A stretch of DNA of 64,000 nt from Paraspadella gotoi (taxonomy: Eukaryota > Animalia > Chaetognatha): contig CM119267.1 of NCBI GenBank assembly GCA_051294375.1, positions 1,061,601-1,125,600 of the forward strand, given 5' to 3'. The position numbers were made by a program, and so were the translations under genes. Below the pieces are notes generated by a model. The model saw only the letters and a list, made by a program, of their open reading frames with translations. It was not told the DNA's origin and searched no databases. Below are positions 40,001-51,900 of the stretch, in pieces. Position 1 is the first letter of the stretch, and the number at the start of each line of letters is the position of its first letter.

Positions 40001-43000
40001 AGAGGATTGGACTCTTTCGTGGGGAGGGAGCGGGACCATCTACGGCTGGGGTCACAACCACCGGGGCCAGCTGGGTGGCGTGGAAGGCGCTAAAGTTAGT
40101 CTCATCCTCATATTCCTCCTCCTCATACTCTACTTCTTCATTCTCCTTCTCCATTCTCCTCCTCCTCATCTTCTCCGTTCTTCTCCTCCTCTTCTCCTCC
40201 TTCTCATCTTCTCTATTCTCCTCCTCCTCATCTTCTCCATTCTCCTCCTCCTTATCTTCTCCATTCTCCTCCTCATCTTCTCCATTCTCCTCCTCCTCAT
40301 CTTCTCCTTCCCCCAGGTAAAGCTTCCGTTCAGCTGCGACGCGCTGGCGGGCGTTCGACCCGTGCAGCTCATCGGTGGAGAGCAGACCCTGTTCGCCGTC
40401 ACCGCTGATGGAAAGGTATGATTGGTCAGGAATGAGTGGTGGCCCATTATTTGCTTGTTGACTACCAAATCCATTGACAAAACAGGTTTACGCAACGGGC
40501 TACGGTGCGGGTGGACGATTGGGCGTCGGAGGAACTGATTCTGTGGCGACGCCGACTCTTTTGGAATCAATTCAGGTCTGTCGTTACCCAATCAACAATT
40601 TGTTCTCAGTCTTACGATGTGATTTATTATGTATTATTTATTATTAATGTTGTGGTGCATTAAATCTTATCATTTGAAAAATTAGCGATTATTTATTTAT
40701 TTACTTATTTTAGTTAACCGCTTATCTTTCTTTACTCCTTCTTCTTTTATCTTTCTTCCCCTTCGCTTCTCCTCATCCTCTTCCCCCCCCCCCAGCACGT
40801 GGTGATCAAGAGAGTGGCGGTGAACTCTGGCGGGAAACACTGCTTGGCTCTCTCCGCCGATGGAGAGGTCTACTCTTGGGGCGAAGCGGAGGACGCCAAG
40901 TTGGGCCACGGGAATCGGACGCCTTGCGATCGACCACGAGTCGTGGAGACGTTGCGAGGGAAGGAGATCGTCGACGTCGCCGCTGGGGGCGCTCACAGGT
41001 TTGGGTGTCGATCATAGTGATGAGCGTTTATTACGTTTATTACTGAAATATTCTTATCGGAGACTTCAAATGTATTTATTGTCATCATCCACCCAAATTA
41101 CACTTAGTGCTGCAACTGCTCCATTTACTTATTCTGTCCTAATTTTTTTTATTTTCCCCTTTTTCTTTACTATTTATTTTATCTGTTTCTTCCCTCCGCT
41201 CTCTTCCCTCCGCTCTCTTCCCTCCAGCGCGTGCATCAGCGCCGCTGGTGAGCTCTACACTTGGGGCAAGGGTCGCTACGGCCGATTGGGCCACGGGGAC
41301 TCGGAGGACCAGACAAGGCCCAAAGTGGTGGAGGCTTTGCGCGGGTTCCGTGTGGTGAGCGTGGCCTGCGGATCAGGCGACGCGCAGACCCTCTGCATCA
41401 CCGACGACGATTCCGTCTGGTCTTGGGGCGACGGAGACTACGGGAAGTTGGGACGAGGTGAGGATGCTTTTCATTATTTAAGTTGGGACGAGGTGAGGAT
41501 GCTTTTCATTATTTAAGTTGGGACGAGGTGAGGATGCTTTTCATTATTTAAGTTGGGACGAGGTGAGGATGCTTTTCATTATTTTCGCTCGGCTCGCTAT
41601 GACTTTGGTTTGCGGCTTTAACCGGGAGATAGCGACACGGAGCCCGAAACAAATGGCTGACGTGACGACGGGGAGCTATTCCTTATTTCGAAGTTTTGGT
41701 TTTGCCGATTGAAAAGAAATACATGTCAATAAGTGAGATTGTCCACGATATTGTCTCCATCACACGTTGACTTCGACAGGCGGGTCTGACGGATGCAAAA
41801 CCCCGATGAGGATCGAAACCCTGCAGGGACAAGGAATCGTCAAAGTCGAGTGCGGGAGTCAATTTTCCGGTGAGATTAGGGAAGAGGCCGAAGTGTGGAA
41901 CTTAGTGGAAATTGTCGAGATTGTAAAAATTATCTAAAGTGTAGAAAATGGTAAAGAGTGTCAAAAATAAGAGGAAAGTGTGGAACTTTGAAAAATTGTA
42001 GAAATTTTAAAAAAATTGTGGAAATTGAATGATCTATGGCAACAGCCTGTGATGCCCATTGGGATTGGGCATCTCACCGTTGGCTTTGGGGGCTTCCGAC
42101 CCTCAGTGATGCCTCCAGTCACTGGCGCGGTTACCCTAGGACGGTCTCGCTTTGCCAACGCAGAGGGAAGTCGTTAGGACTGTGGATGGAACACTACGCC
42201 TGGGATGGTGTGTTCCCCCTCTGAGCCAATGGATTTGGCTGAAGGATGGTGGACGTGAGGCGGTGTGAATATACCGCCACAGGTCATTAATTGACCCCTT
42301 CATGCCCAACCCAATCACCAGTGGCGCTCTCCAAGGACGGCGCCGTCTATACTTGGGGAAAAGGCGATTATCACCGCCTCGGTCACGGAACCGACGAACA
42401 CGTCCGTCGTCCGCGCAAAGTCCAAGCGTTGGGGGGCAAGCGGATCGTCTCCTTGGCAACGGGTTCGCTCCACTGCGTCGCCTGCACCGATTCGGGCGAC
42501 ATCTTCACATGGGGCGACAACGACGAGGGTCAACTGGGCGACGGATCCACCACGGCCATTCCGCGCCCGCGTCTCGTCTCCGCCCTTCAGGGCAAGAAGA
42601 TCAACAAGGTGGCCTGCGGTTCCGCCCACACCCTCGCCTGGTCAACTGCCCAACCCGTCTCGGCGGGGAAACTCCCGCTCGTCGTCCCTATGGAGTACAA
42701 TCTGTTGTCTCACATCTCGATTCCGGGTGAGATGGTTGGGGGGGAGGAGGAAGGGAGGATGATTAATGATGATGATGATGATGATTTGGGATAGAAAGGA
42801 GAAAAGCTATGTCTATGTTTGTGAAATTTTTTTAGCACAGAAAAACATTAAATATGTCGTTGAAGTATAAACCTTGAAAATTGAAATATTTTTCTTTCAA
42901 ATAAATACATAAATGCATTTCGTATTTATTATAATCTAATTATCGTATTAAAAGAATTTGATTTTAATTTTTCGTCTTTTTCCATCTTTCATAATTCTTA

Positions 43001-45724
43001 TCTATCCTCTTCCCCACGCCCACCCACCTTTCAGTCCTCCAAAATCGCCTGATCCTCCTCCATCATTTCTCTGATCTCTTTTGTCCTTCGATCCCGATGT
43101 TCGATCTTCCTCAATTGGAGAAGGACGTCGGCGCCGTCGTCCCGGCGTCTCCAAAGTCGTCCGTCGACTGGGCGCCCTTCCATGACGGCTCCGCCGGCGC
43201 CGCCACCGCGATGCCGAAACGAGGCGGCGCTGCGTCGGGTGAGGTCTCGACTCTGAGCCCCTTCTTTGCCTTTAACTTACCTAGCTCTATTCCCCTCTCA
43301 GCCGCTTCATTGTCCGCGCCGGACCTCCCGTCGCCGCGCGTCCGCGAGCCTCAAATCGGGGTGGACCTCTTACGCGGCTGTCTGGTCTCCTCGGTCAAAG
43401 AGATCGCCTTCAAGAAGGTTGTTCAGGCGACGATGGTGCGCGACAGGCAGCACGGGCCTGTCATCGAGCTCAACCGGCTGCAGGTATGAGGTCATGTCAG
43501 TGGGGTGGGTGTATAATCGTACTGCTCATTTATGTTGTCCCTGACTTTGGATAATGGATAGGCTTTGGATAATTGGATAGGCTATGCTGGGTTAAGGTCC
43601 CCATTCCTTTTCCTTGGTAATAACCGAGCATTTATTGTTTACCTTGTTGAAGGGATAAAACTTTAAAGCCAACGTATCGGCTGATTACAATATGCAAATG
43701 AGATAAAGAGCTTGATCTTTCCCAGGTGAAGCGGTCTCGCCACAAAGGCGGCCTCGCCGGCCCCGACGGCTGCAAATCCGTCTTCGGCCAAATGTGTTCG
43801 AAGATGACGACTCTGGGTCACGACGACCTCCTTCTGCCTCATCGCGTCTGGAAGGTGAAATTCGTGGGCGAATCCGTCGACGACTGCGGCGGAGGATACT
43901 CCGAGTCGATCGCCGAGATGTGCGACGAGTTGCAGAACGGATCTCTGCCGCTGCTCATCGTCACGCCTAACGGGAGGGACGAATCGGGTGAGAAGGGGGG
44001 AGGCGAGATGGGGAAGAAACGGTTACGTCTCTTATTCTCTTTTCTTTTATTCTTTCTTTAAGTCGCGGTTTCAGCTTTGAATTCAATGTAGTAAGAAGCC
44101 CATTCCCCCTCCCCCCCCCAGGCGCGAATCGAGACTGCTTCCTTCTCAACCCACGCGCCAACTCGACCCACCACATGAACATGTTCCGCTTCCTCGGGAT
44201 TCTTATGGGCGTGGCCATTCGGACCGGAAGTCCTCTCGCCCTCTCTCTCGCCGAGCCAGTCTGGAAACAGTTGGCGGGTAATATTTAAATCTTTTAACTT
44301 ACTGCTAAATATCATCGCAGGATATTTTTAAAATATTTTTTTGTCCGCTTTGAAGGAATGGAGCTCAACGTCGCTGATTTGACGGAAGTGGATCGAGATT
44401 ACGTCCCTGGATTGTTGTGCATTCGCGACATGCCCGTCGAAGGCGAGTCACTTGATGATGATGATGGTGATGATTCTTTATCATGGAGTTGACAAAGATA
44501 GATGGTGATTGATTAAGCAATTTGCTAAGCTCATGATGAGGAATCATAATGTCGTTAATGATAATAATAATGATGAATCTATGATTAATTTACAAATATT
44601 GATGAATTGAATCATCAATCCTCTTTCCTTCGTCTTCAGATCTTCTTTCCATGGAGATGCCATTTTCGACGCCGTCCTCTTCCGGTGTCGAGATACAATT
44701 GGCGCCGACATCTATGGCCACGCCGGTTCCGCCGGCGTCGGAGGACCTCATGTCGACGTCGAGCGGCGTCTTCGTGACGCCGGAAAATCGGCAGGAGTTC
44801 ATCAGATTAGGTGAAGATGTTGTGATATTTATCACACGATGTTCACAGAGCTGAAAGGGAAACAATTTCGTCTCTTTTTCTCCTTTTATTAATTTTCTTT
44901 CCCCCTTCTTTAATCCTCCCCCCCCTCCCTCCCCTCTAACAATCCCTCCTCCAGCCCTTGACTTCCGCCTCCGCGAGTTCGACCCCCAAGTCTCCGCCGT
45001 CCGCGAAGGAATGGCCCGCGTCGTTCCCGTCCCTCTTCTCTCCCTCTTCACGGGATACGAGTTGGAGACGATGGTCTGCGGATCCCCGGACATTCCCATC
45101 GGTCTCCTCAAAAGCGTCGCCACTTACAAGGGCGTGGAGGCCGTCTCGTCTCTCATTGGCTGGTTTTGGGAGGTCATGGAGGAGCTGACCAATCAGGAGA
45201 GATCTCTTTTCCTTCGCTTCGTTTGGGGACGGACGCGTCTTCCTCGAACCATCGCCGACTTCAGAGGAAGAGACTTTGTCCTCCAGGTGTTGGACAAGTA
45301 CAACCCGCCCGATCATTTTCTGCCGGAGAGTTACACCTGCTTCTTTCTGCTCAAGATGCCGCGATATTCTTGCAAGGCGGTGAGTTCGGTTGAGCGATTT
45401 TCTAACATTGAAGATTCCAGGGATTGCTGATTGCTTTCAAATTTTCCTGTTTCCTGAGAATATCCCCTTGGAAATATATTTCTTTAAATAATCGGTGAAA
45501 TAATAAAATAATTTATTTTTTTAATTTAACGATCTCAGGTTTTGAAAGAAAAGCTCAAGTACGCGATTCACTTTTGCAAATCGATCGACACTGACGACTA
45601 CGCGCGGATCGCCATGACCGGCGACCCCGTCGGCGAGGAGGTCAGCGAGGAACGCAGCGTCGGCGAAGTCAGCGACAGCGGGGACAGCGACGCAGGAGAC
45701 GCAGCGCAGGAAGATTGGGACTGA
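1..45724 (+). CDS. HERC2: HERC2 giant E3 ubiquitin ligase, multi-exon, 5' part outside window; a few frameshifts, probably sequencing errors
   Basis: Spliced exons give the HERC2 domain order: cytochrome b5-like ([20 protein letters not shown], 454-945), MIB/HERC2 (24439-25140), UBA-like (about 28480-28610), CPH and SH3-like (29067-29480), ZZ finger (29867-30187), DOC (30693-31227), RLD2 (31579-35566), RLD3 (39880-42726), HECT (43726-45724). Stop TGA at 45722-45724. Confidence 0.97.
454..945 (+). CDS. HERC2: HERC2 exons 454-617 and 699-945 (cytochrome b5-like domain)
   Basis: GT-AG bounded exons translating EDLAWPG...[22 protein letters not shown]|VYDI...[19 protein letters not shown], matching HERC2. 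Confidence 0.93.
619..674. repeat. (GA)n microsatellite
   Basis: Pure GA run at the start of a short intron. Confidence 0.95.
1064..1392 (+). mobile_element. SINE-like dispersed repeat; other copies at 2139-2152 plus 7412-7640 (split by DIRS), 49993-50223 (-) and about 50325-50512 (-)
   Basis: Four homologous copies; the fuller ones begin TGTGGCGAATCCTAAATTCGCCTCCCGTATAGC. B-box-like GGTTCAATCCC at about 7494-7504, weak A-box upstream. The tRNA-derived origin is inference. Confidence 0.65.
1397..2016. mobile_element. Palindromic MITE with TTAA target duplication (Kolobok-like)
   Basis: TTAA at 1393-1396 and 2017-2020. Termini GGCGTAGT...ACTACGCC. The arms are imperfect inverted repeats over nearly the whole length. 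TTAA with RR termini fits Kolobok. Confidence 0.8.
2153..7411 (+). mobile_element. DIRS-type tyrosine-recombinase retrotransposon, family A, full length, frameshifted
   Basis: Inverted terminal repeats 2154-2365 and 7176-7385, ICR 3121-3206. RT ([20 protein letters not shown]), RNase H ([12 protein letters not shown]), MT-like ([21 protein letters not shown]) and YR ([29 protein letters not shown]) motifs. Inserted in a SINE-like repeat at AAATT. Confidence 0.93.
7752..8150. mobile_element. Degenerate AT-rich MITE
   Basis: Inverted ends GTATCATTAATT / AATTAATGATAC and subterminal TATCCTTAT / ATAAGGATA. Shares TATCCTTATAAAATC with the 1397-2016 MITE. Confidence 0.55.
9423..12396 (-). CDS. Antisense four-exon gene encoding an AID/APOBEC-like zinc-dependent deaminase (497 aa predicted); exons 12396-12261, 10928-10431, 10360-10094, 10015-9423
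   Basis: ATG in gcaATGG context. Three phase-1 GT-AG introns keep one frame (136+498+267+593 = 1494 nt). C-terminal motifs [22 protein letters not shown]-x6-C and IPFNEIF parallel the APOBEC order. Confidence 0.8.
11694..13207 (+). CDS. HERC2: HERC2 exons 11694-11810, 11896-12162, 12968-13207
   Basis: [23 protein letters not shown]...[23 protein letters not shown] matches HERC2; GT-AG boundaries. Confidence 0.9.
13509..17850 (+). mobile_element. Non-autonomous LTR retrotransposon with a gag-like remnant and no pol
   Basis: Direct repeats of about 560 bp (about 13509-14078 and 17289-17850). PBS TGGTGCATCGG (14080-14090) is complementary to the tRNA-Gly(GCC) 3' end. Probable CTTA TSD. Broken gag-like ORF at about 15553-16650 ([15 protein letters not shown]). 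Confidence 0.78.
18908..23192 (+). other. Gap-flanked near-identical duplicates of 12609-13400, 17395-18897 and 13385-15130 (likely mis-assembly), with one unique HERC2 exon at 21348-21445
   Basis: Copies differ almost only by 1-bp indels, start at N-runs (18898-18907, 21446-21470) and have abrupt chimeric joins. Confidence 0.75.
24439..26329 (+). CDS. HERC2: HERC2 exons with the MIB/HERC2 domain (24439-24697, 25110-26329)
   Basis: [19 protein letters not shown]...[16 protein letters not shown]|MGKENKYDL. Confidence 0.95.
29067..31227 (+). CDS. HERC2: HERC2 CPH, SH3-like, ZZ zinc finger and DOC exons
   Basis: [22 protein letters not shown]; PKYKWGSV; [34 protein letters not shown]; [17 protein letters not shown]. 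Confidence 0.95.
32347..33760 (-). mobile_element. 5'-truncated CRE-clade non-LTR retrotransposon (RT C-terminus plus restriction-like endonuclease) with poly(A) tail
   Basis: ALLRSC...[25 protein letters not shown]...KYRLGL, then [30 protein letters not shown]. Poly-T at 32347-32367. Imperfect TSD of about 14 bp (tttagtagtgtgatt / tttagaatgtgatt). Confidence 0.85.
33902..34357 (+). mobile_element. Internally deleted relic of DIRS family A
   Basis: Sequence like 2773-2900 is joined directly to the YR C-terminus ([10 protein letters not shown]) and a diverged right ITR ending TAAAGGAATTAAAAATT. Confidence 0.8.
41445..41584 (+). repeat. Four copies of a 35-bp tandem repeat spanning a HERC2 exon/intron junction
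   Basis: Unit AAGTTGGGACGAGGTGAGGATGCTTTTCATTATTT. Confidence 0.92.
43726..45724 (+). CDS. HERC2: HERC2 HECT-domain exons
   Basis: [25 protein letters not shown]; [13 protein letters not shown]; catalytic Cys in [16 protein letters not shown]; [15 protein letters not shown]. Confidence 0.97.
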
Positions 45725-46785
45725 TTTCCCACCCGGATGTTGATTGCCGAGGGATGTGAACTTTTGACGAAATCAAAAAGAAAGTCGGGTGTAGAAAAGT
45801 TTTGGGTGACGAGGCAGTTTCCTGTTTTTTTTTCACCCGACGATCGCTCATTTTCCCTTTTTATCACAAAAAAAAAACGACAAAAAAAACAAAACAATGT
45901 TCGGTTTAAATGTTTGCCTCAGCTCATCTCTAGTCTAATCAAAGGATCAAAATTTTTAGTTGTTCGCCCGGCGATTTTTTTGCTGTGATTCCTTAGGAAA
46001 ACTTAATATTTAATCAACGTTCTTTTTTTTTTTTTGTCTTAATTGCTTTTTTTTCACTGTGTTGTCCGTAGATAGTTTCTGCTTAAATTAATACCCTCCA
46101 TAATTGGATAAATACAGTTTTTATGTAGTTTTCTTCTCCTATTTTAATTTATTTATTCCTCCTCGTTATATATCTAGTTTGTATTTTCCTCTGGCTGAAC
46201 TTTTAAATTAAACTGACAAATCACGGCCAAGGTTCTTAATCTTATGTGTAATATATAAACCATTTTTTTCTCTCGTCAGTTTCGTAATATAAAGAAAAAG
46301 GAAATGAAAACATAAATGGAATATCGAAAATTAAAAGTTGGGCGTCGCCGACTTTTCTTCCTCCTCGATTGACGACGTCGACGTTTCGGACTTAAGACCC
46401 TCGACGCCACGACGACGACGACGACGACAACATAGACGACGATCGAAGTCATTGTCGAAAACCAACAACGACAACGACTCCTGCTCATTGCAAGACGTCA
46501 TCTTCTTTTTCTTCTTCGGAAGGCTCGTTACTGAATGACTTCTCGTCACGTCTTTCACGCTTCGCAACGACTTCGACGTCTTTTCTTTCTCGGCTCGAAT
46601 CTTCGTCTTTCGATCGCGAAAAATATCGATCTCTGGCAGAGACTCTGCTCTCCTCGATCCCCGCTGTCGTTCGATCCCCGCGGTCGTTGATCGCTGCAAC
46701 TCTAAATCCCCGGAACTGTCGATCGTGCGATTTCCGCAATTCAATTCTAGATCGGGAATTCTAATTCGGAAATTGGATTGGATGA

Positions 46786-47797
<1,012 letters not shown>

Positions 47798-48672
47798 TGA
47801 ATCCCTCTCCTTTGTCTTATGGTCTCTATGACTACGAAGATCTTGTATTTACTTTTATGTTCTTCATTTTGTCGTCTCCTCTTTCTTGCAATTTTCCTTG
47901 CCCCCCGCCCTTCTCGGATTCCCTCCCCTCCCCACGCCGGACTTTAACGATAAGACCCGTACCGTGCTTTGATTAATATTGATCAATAAATAATTAAAAT
48001 GATTAAATCGCTATCGATAAGTAAATTGTATCGATGTCGGGCTTCGTTTCTAACTCGTTTCACCTTTGGTATCTCGCGTATCTTTTATTTCCACAAAGAT
48101 CTTTCGACCGTGATTGATAAATAACTGGAACGTGCAATTCGCCTATCTTAATAACGATTTTAATAGTTAGATTAAGAATAGATAAATAAAACCATTTTTA
48201 ATTTCCCCCTCCCTCACTTTTTTGGTGAAGAGAATGGATCCAGAGACTACATAGAAATCCCAAAGAAGTTGAAACGAATATCTTTTTTTACGGTCACGGC
48301 GAGTAACGGATTATCACTTTTTTCGTTGTTACAGTTAGTGTCTCTGGTATCGAAGATAAGCTTATCACAAAGACTATAATAAATAATCGAACTTAAACAA
48401 AAAACACTACTTTTTTACTACTCCATTATCCAAGCTAAGACGTCGTTAACCTTCACTCGAATTTTTGTTTTGCAAGAATTGTCATGAGGGAAATATTTTC
48501 GAGCCACCCCATATTCCAAACAACGACATGTACTAATCGTGTTAACTCTCGTAACTACTTATATATTTATTCATTAACTTATTACTTTTTTCACAAAAAA
48601 GCGCGGTTAAAGTTTTAAAAAGTTACAACGTTTGGTAAGTTTTTCGGGCGTTTCGAGCATTTTAACGCTGTT

Positions 48673-48673
<1 letters not shown>

Positions 48674-48725
<52 letters not shown>
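48674..48725. repeat. (CT)n microsatellite upstream of the phosphatase gene
   Basis: Pure CT run. Confidence 0.95.
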
Positions 48726-48728
<3 letters not shown>

Positions 48729-48939
48729 TTTTGTAGACGTAATAACGATTGTTTTATGATCATCATTATTTCAGCGACTTTATAATAAACTATACATTTA
48801 CAATTACATGGGACGCTTTTATTTACTGCTGAGAAAAAAAAAACTAAACCCAGTCACCAGCCAGTCCGCTTTCACATCCAAAACACGAATTCCACTTTTC
48901 TTACTCTTAGTCTCGGTTTTTTCCTTTGAAATAAAAAAA

Positions 48940-51900
48940 ATGGCGGCGGCGGCTGCTGCTGCTGCTGTGGTGGCGTCTGAGTCTGCGCCTTCATTCCGAA
49001 CTTTCTCCAATTTCCGTCCCTTCGTCTCGTCCGCCTCAGGAAAGTCTTTGGCGTTTCGATCCGCGCGGCAAGACAAGATATCGTTGGAGGAAACAAAGGT
49101 CTATTAAAAATGATTGCTATGAATGTTTAGAGTGGCATATTTATTAAGCTTGGTAGAATCATTAATGTAATTTAGTCAAACTTGTGGATGAATATAATTT
49201 AATTGAATGAATTGCAATTTAGCTCAACTGAAAATTGTGAATTAGGAAGTCATTTCTGCTGGGGCACTTTTTTATGTACATCTATTAGAGAAAAGCGCAA
49301 TATTATTAGACAGTTTGAGACAATAATAATCAATATAAACCCCTATGCTATGGATAGTTTTAATACTTATCCCGGATAATCCAGGATTTCTTTGAATTCG
49401 GGATCCGGACTATCGTCGATCTCCGCTCGCCGCTCGAATACCAAAAGACTCCGGGGGCCAAATTGTTGGACGCTGTCTACGAGAAGTTTGAGGTCGTCGT
49501 CCCTAAAGGCATCGGCCACTTTGACGAAGAGGTGGAGTTACGACCCATCGATGCTGGCGCCGACTCCTCCTCCAGGGGTGCGGGAGATCTTGATTTAAAC
49601 CTTCGTTTTAAAATCAATTTAATCAATATATTCATATCTTGAAATTGTCGATTTTATAAAAACTGGGGACAAAACCAGTTAAACTGAAATACTTAAAGGA
49701 GTAGTCTTTTCATACAATTGAAACATTCTTTGAAACATTATACCACTTCATTGATAGGGAAGCCAGGTTCTCTTGGAGTGAATATGCGAGACTCTGAGAG
49801 TCTTGATTGAAAGCTTGCAGGTACCTGCTATGTCATTATCTTGTAAGAGTGATGGAGGCCTTAAACCACCAAAGCCTGTATAGAGTCAGGGGCAAGAGAG
49901 CTCATTTATTAAATGAATAGATAATTTTTATATTGGTTGTACCAATTTCATTGAACTATCGAAGCGGATTTCGAGCCGAGATAATATGAACGTTATGGCA
50001 ATTGGGGGACATGTGTGATGCCCGGGCTGTGAGGCTTTGGACCTGCAGTGACCACCCCATGTCATTGGCGTGTTTATGCCAACACCATCACACTTTAACC
50101 AGCGTGACCGTGAGGAGATTGAACCCGGAACTCAGTTGGTAAACGAGTACTTAGCTGTCCAAGGCAATAGGACGAGCTGAGTTTCACCAAGCTATACGGG
50201 AGGCAAATTTAGGATTTGCCACAACTTCTCGGAATTATCCCATTAGGACAAAACGATTTATCAAATTATTCAGTATTGAACTAACATTAACTCTTGGAGT
50301 GAACTCGACTTTGAGAGTGTCTTAATGTGATGCCTGGGGTGTGAGGCATCTCCCGATATTTGGCGCTCAGAGCTTTGGACCTGCAGTGGCGACCAGTGAC
50401 CACCATCACACTTGAACCATCGTGTTCGTGAGGGAAATGAACGGGGAAATCACGTTTGGTAATGGAGTACTTAACTGTCCAAGCCAATGTGACGAGCTTA
50501 GTTCCACCGTTATATAAGTTTTTAGTCGGATCTGCTTATCAGCAGATCCCGACTCTATAACTCACTTTTTCGGTCCGTCGGTCCGCCCCCTCAATATTGT
50601 CGGGCACACACTATATATCATGTCAGAACATCGAATTATGATAAATTATGCAAAAAAAAATGATGTCCGTCCGTCCGTCTGTCTGTCTGTCTGTCTGTTG
50701 TCTGTCTGTCCTCCGTCCGTCCTGTTTAGCAAAAAAATCTAATTACCGTGATTGGATGGATGGATTGGTATGAAATTTTGTGTGGGGTAGGAAAATGTGT
50801 GATTGAGATGGATATGAAGTTTCGAGGGAATCGTGCGAGTGGAAATTGGTTTAAATGGAAAAAACAAAAAAATATATTTCACTATTTGAACGCCAATTGC
50901 TCATGAGTAGATTGTGCAATTGACTTGAAATTTTGTATGATGGTAGGAAAGTGTGTGATTGAGCCGGATATAAAGTTTCGATGGAATCGTGCGAGTGGAA
51001 ATGAGTTAAAATGGAAAAACAAAAGTCATATTTACTTGAAGTATTTTATTAATTTACCATAATTATTTTGTTTATTAAAATTGGATAGATAAATCGAAAT
51101 TGAATTTTGTGTGTGGGTAGGAAAGTATGTGATAAAGCTGGATAAAAATTTTTTGATGGAATTTTAGGAGTGGAAAAGAGTTCAAATTAGAAAACAAAGA
51201 CACATTTATTTGAATTTTTTAAAGTTTCCTCTCTCTCTCTCTGATTGATTGATTGATTGACAAAATTATGCTAATTGACCAAATTATGCAGTTGACCAAT
51301 TCTGCAAGTTAATCAAGTTTTGCAAGTTGACCAAATTATGCCTGTTGACCAAATTAGGCTAGTTGATAAAATTATGCCAGTTAACCAAAATTATTGCCGG
51401 TTGACCAAATTATCTTAATTGATCAAATTATGTCAGTTGACCAAATTATGTCAGTTGACCAAATTATGTCAGTTACCAAATTATGTACATGTCATTAACC
51501 AAATTATGTCAGTTGACCAAATTATGCAAGTTGATTAAATTATGCAAGTTGACCAGATAGCTTATTACCACCTAATTATCAATTGACCTGGAATTTTGTA
51601 TGTGAGTAGAAAAGTGTGTGATTGAACAGGAAACCAAGTTTCGATGGAATCTTTTGAGTGGAAATGAGTTTAAATGGAAAAAAAACAAAAACCCGTTTCA
51701 CTAATTGATTATGCTTCTTTTTCCTTTTATATTAAATGTATATGCAGGATGTATTAATAAGTCAAATAATTAATCAGTTAATTAGTCAATTAATTAATCA
51801 ATAATTAATTAATCAGTCAATCAATCGTCATCCGTCCCACCTTAGCAAAAAGCTCCAATAACTCGTGTTGGCTGGTTGGATTGAAATGAAAATTTAGTGT

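Noticed and set aside
51255-51555. CRISPR-like regular repeats
   Set aside because: Direct tandem 18-bp units with no unique spacers, eukaryotic context and no cas genes.
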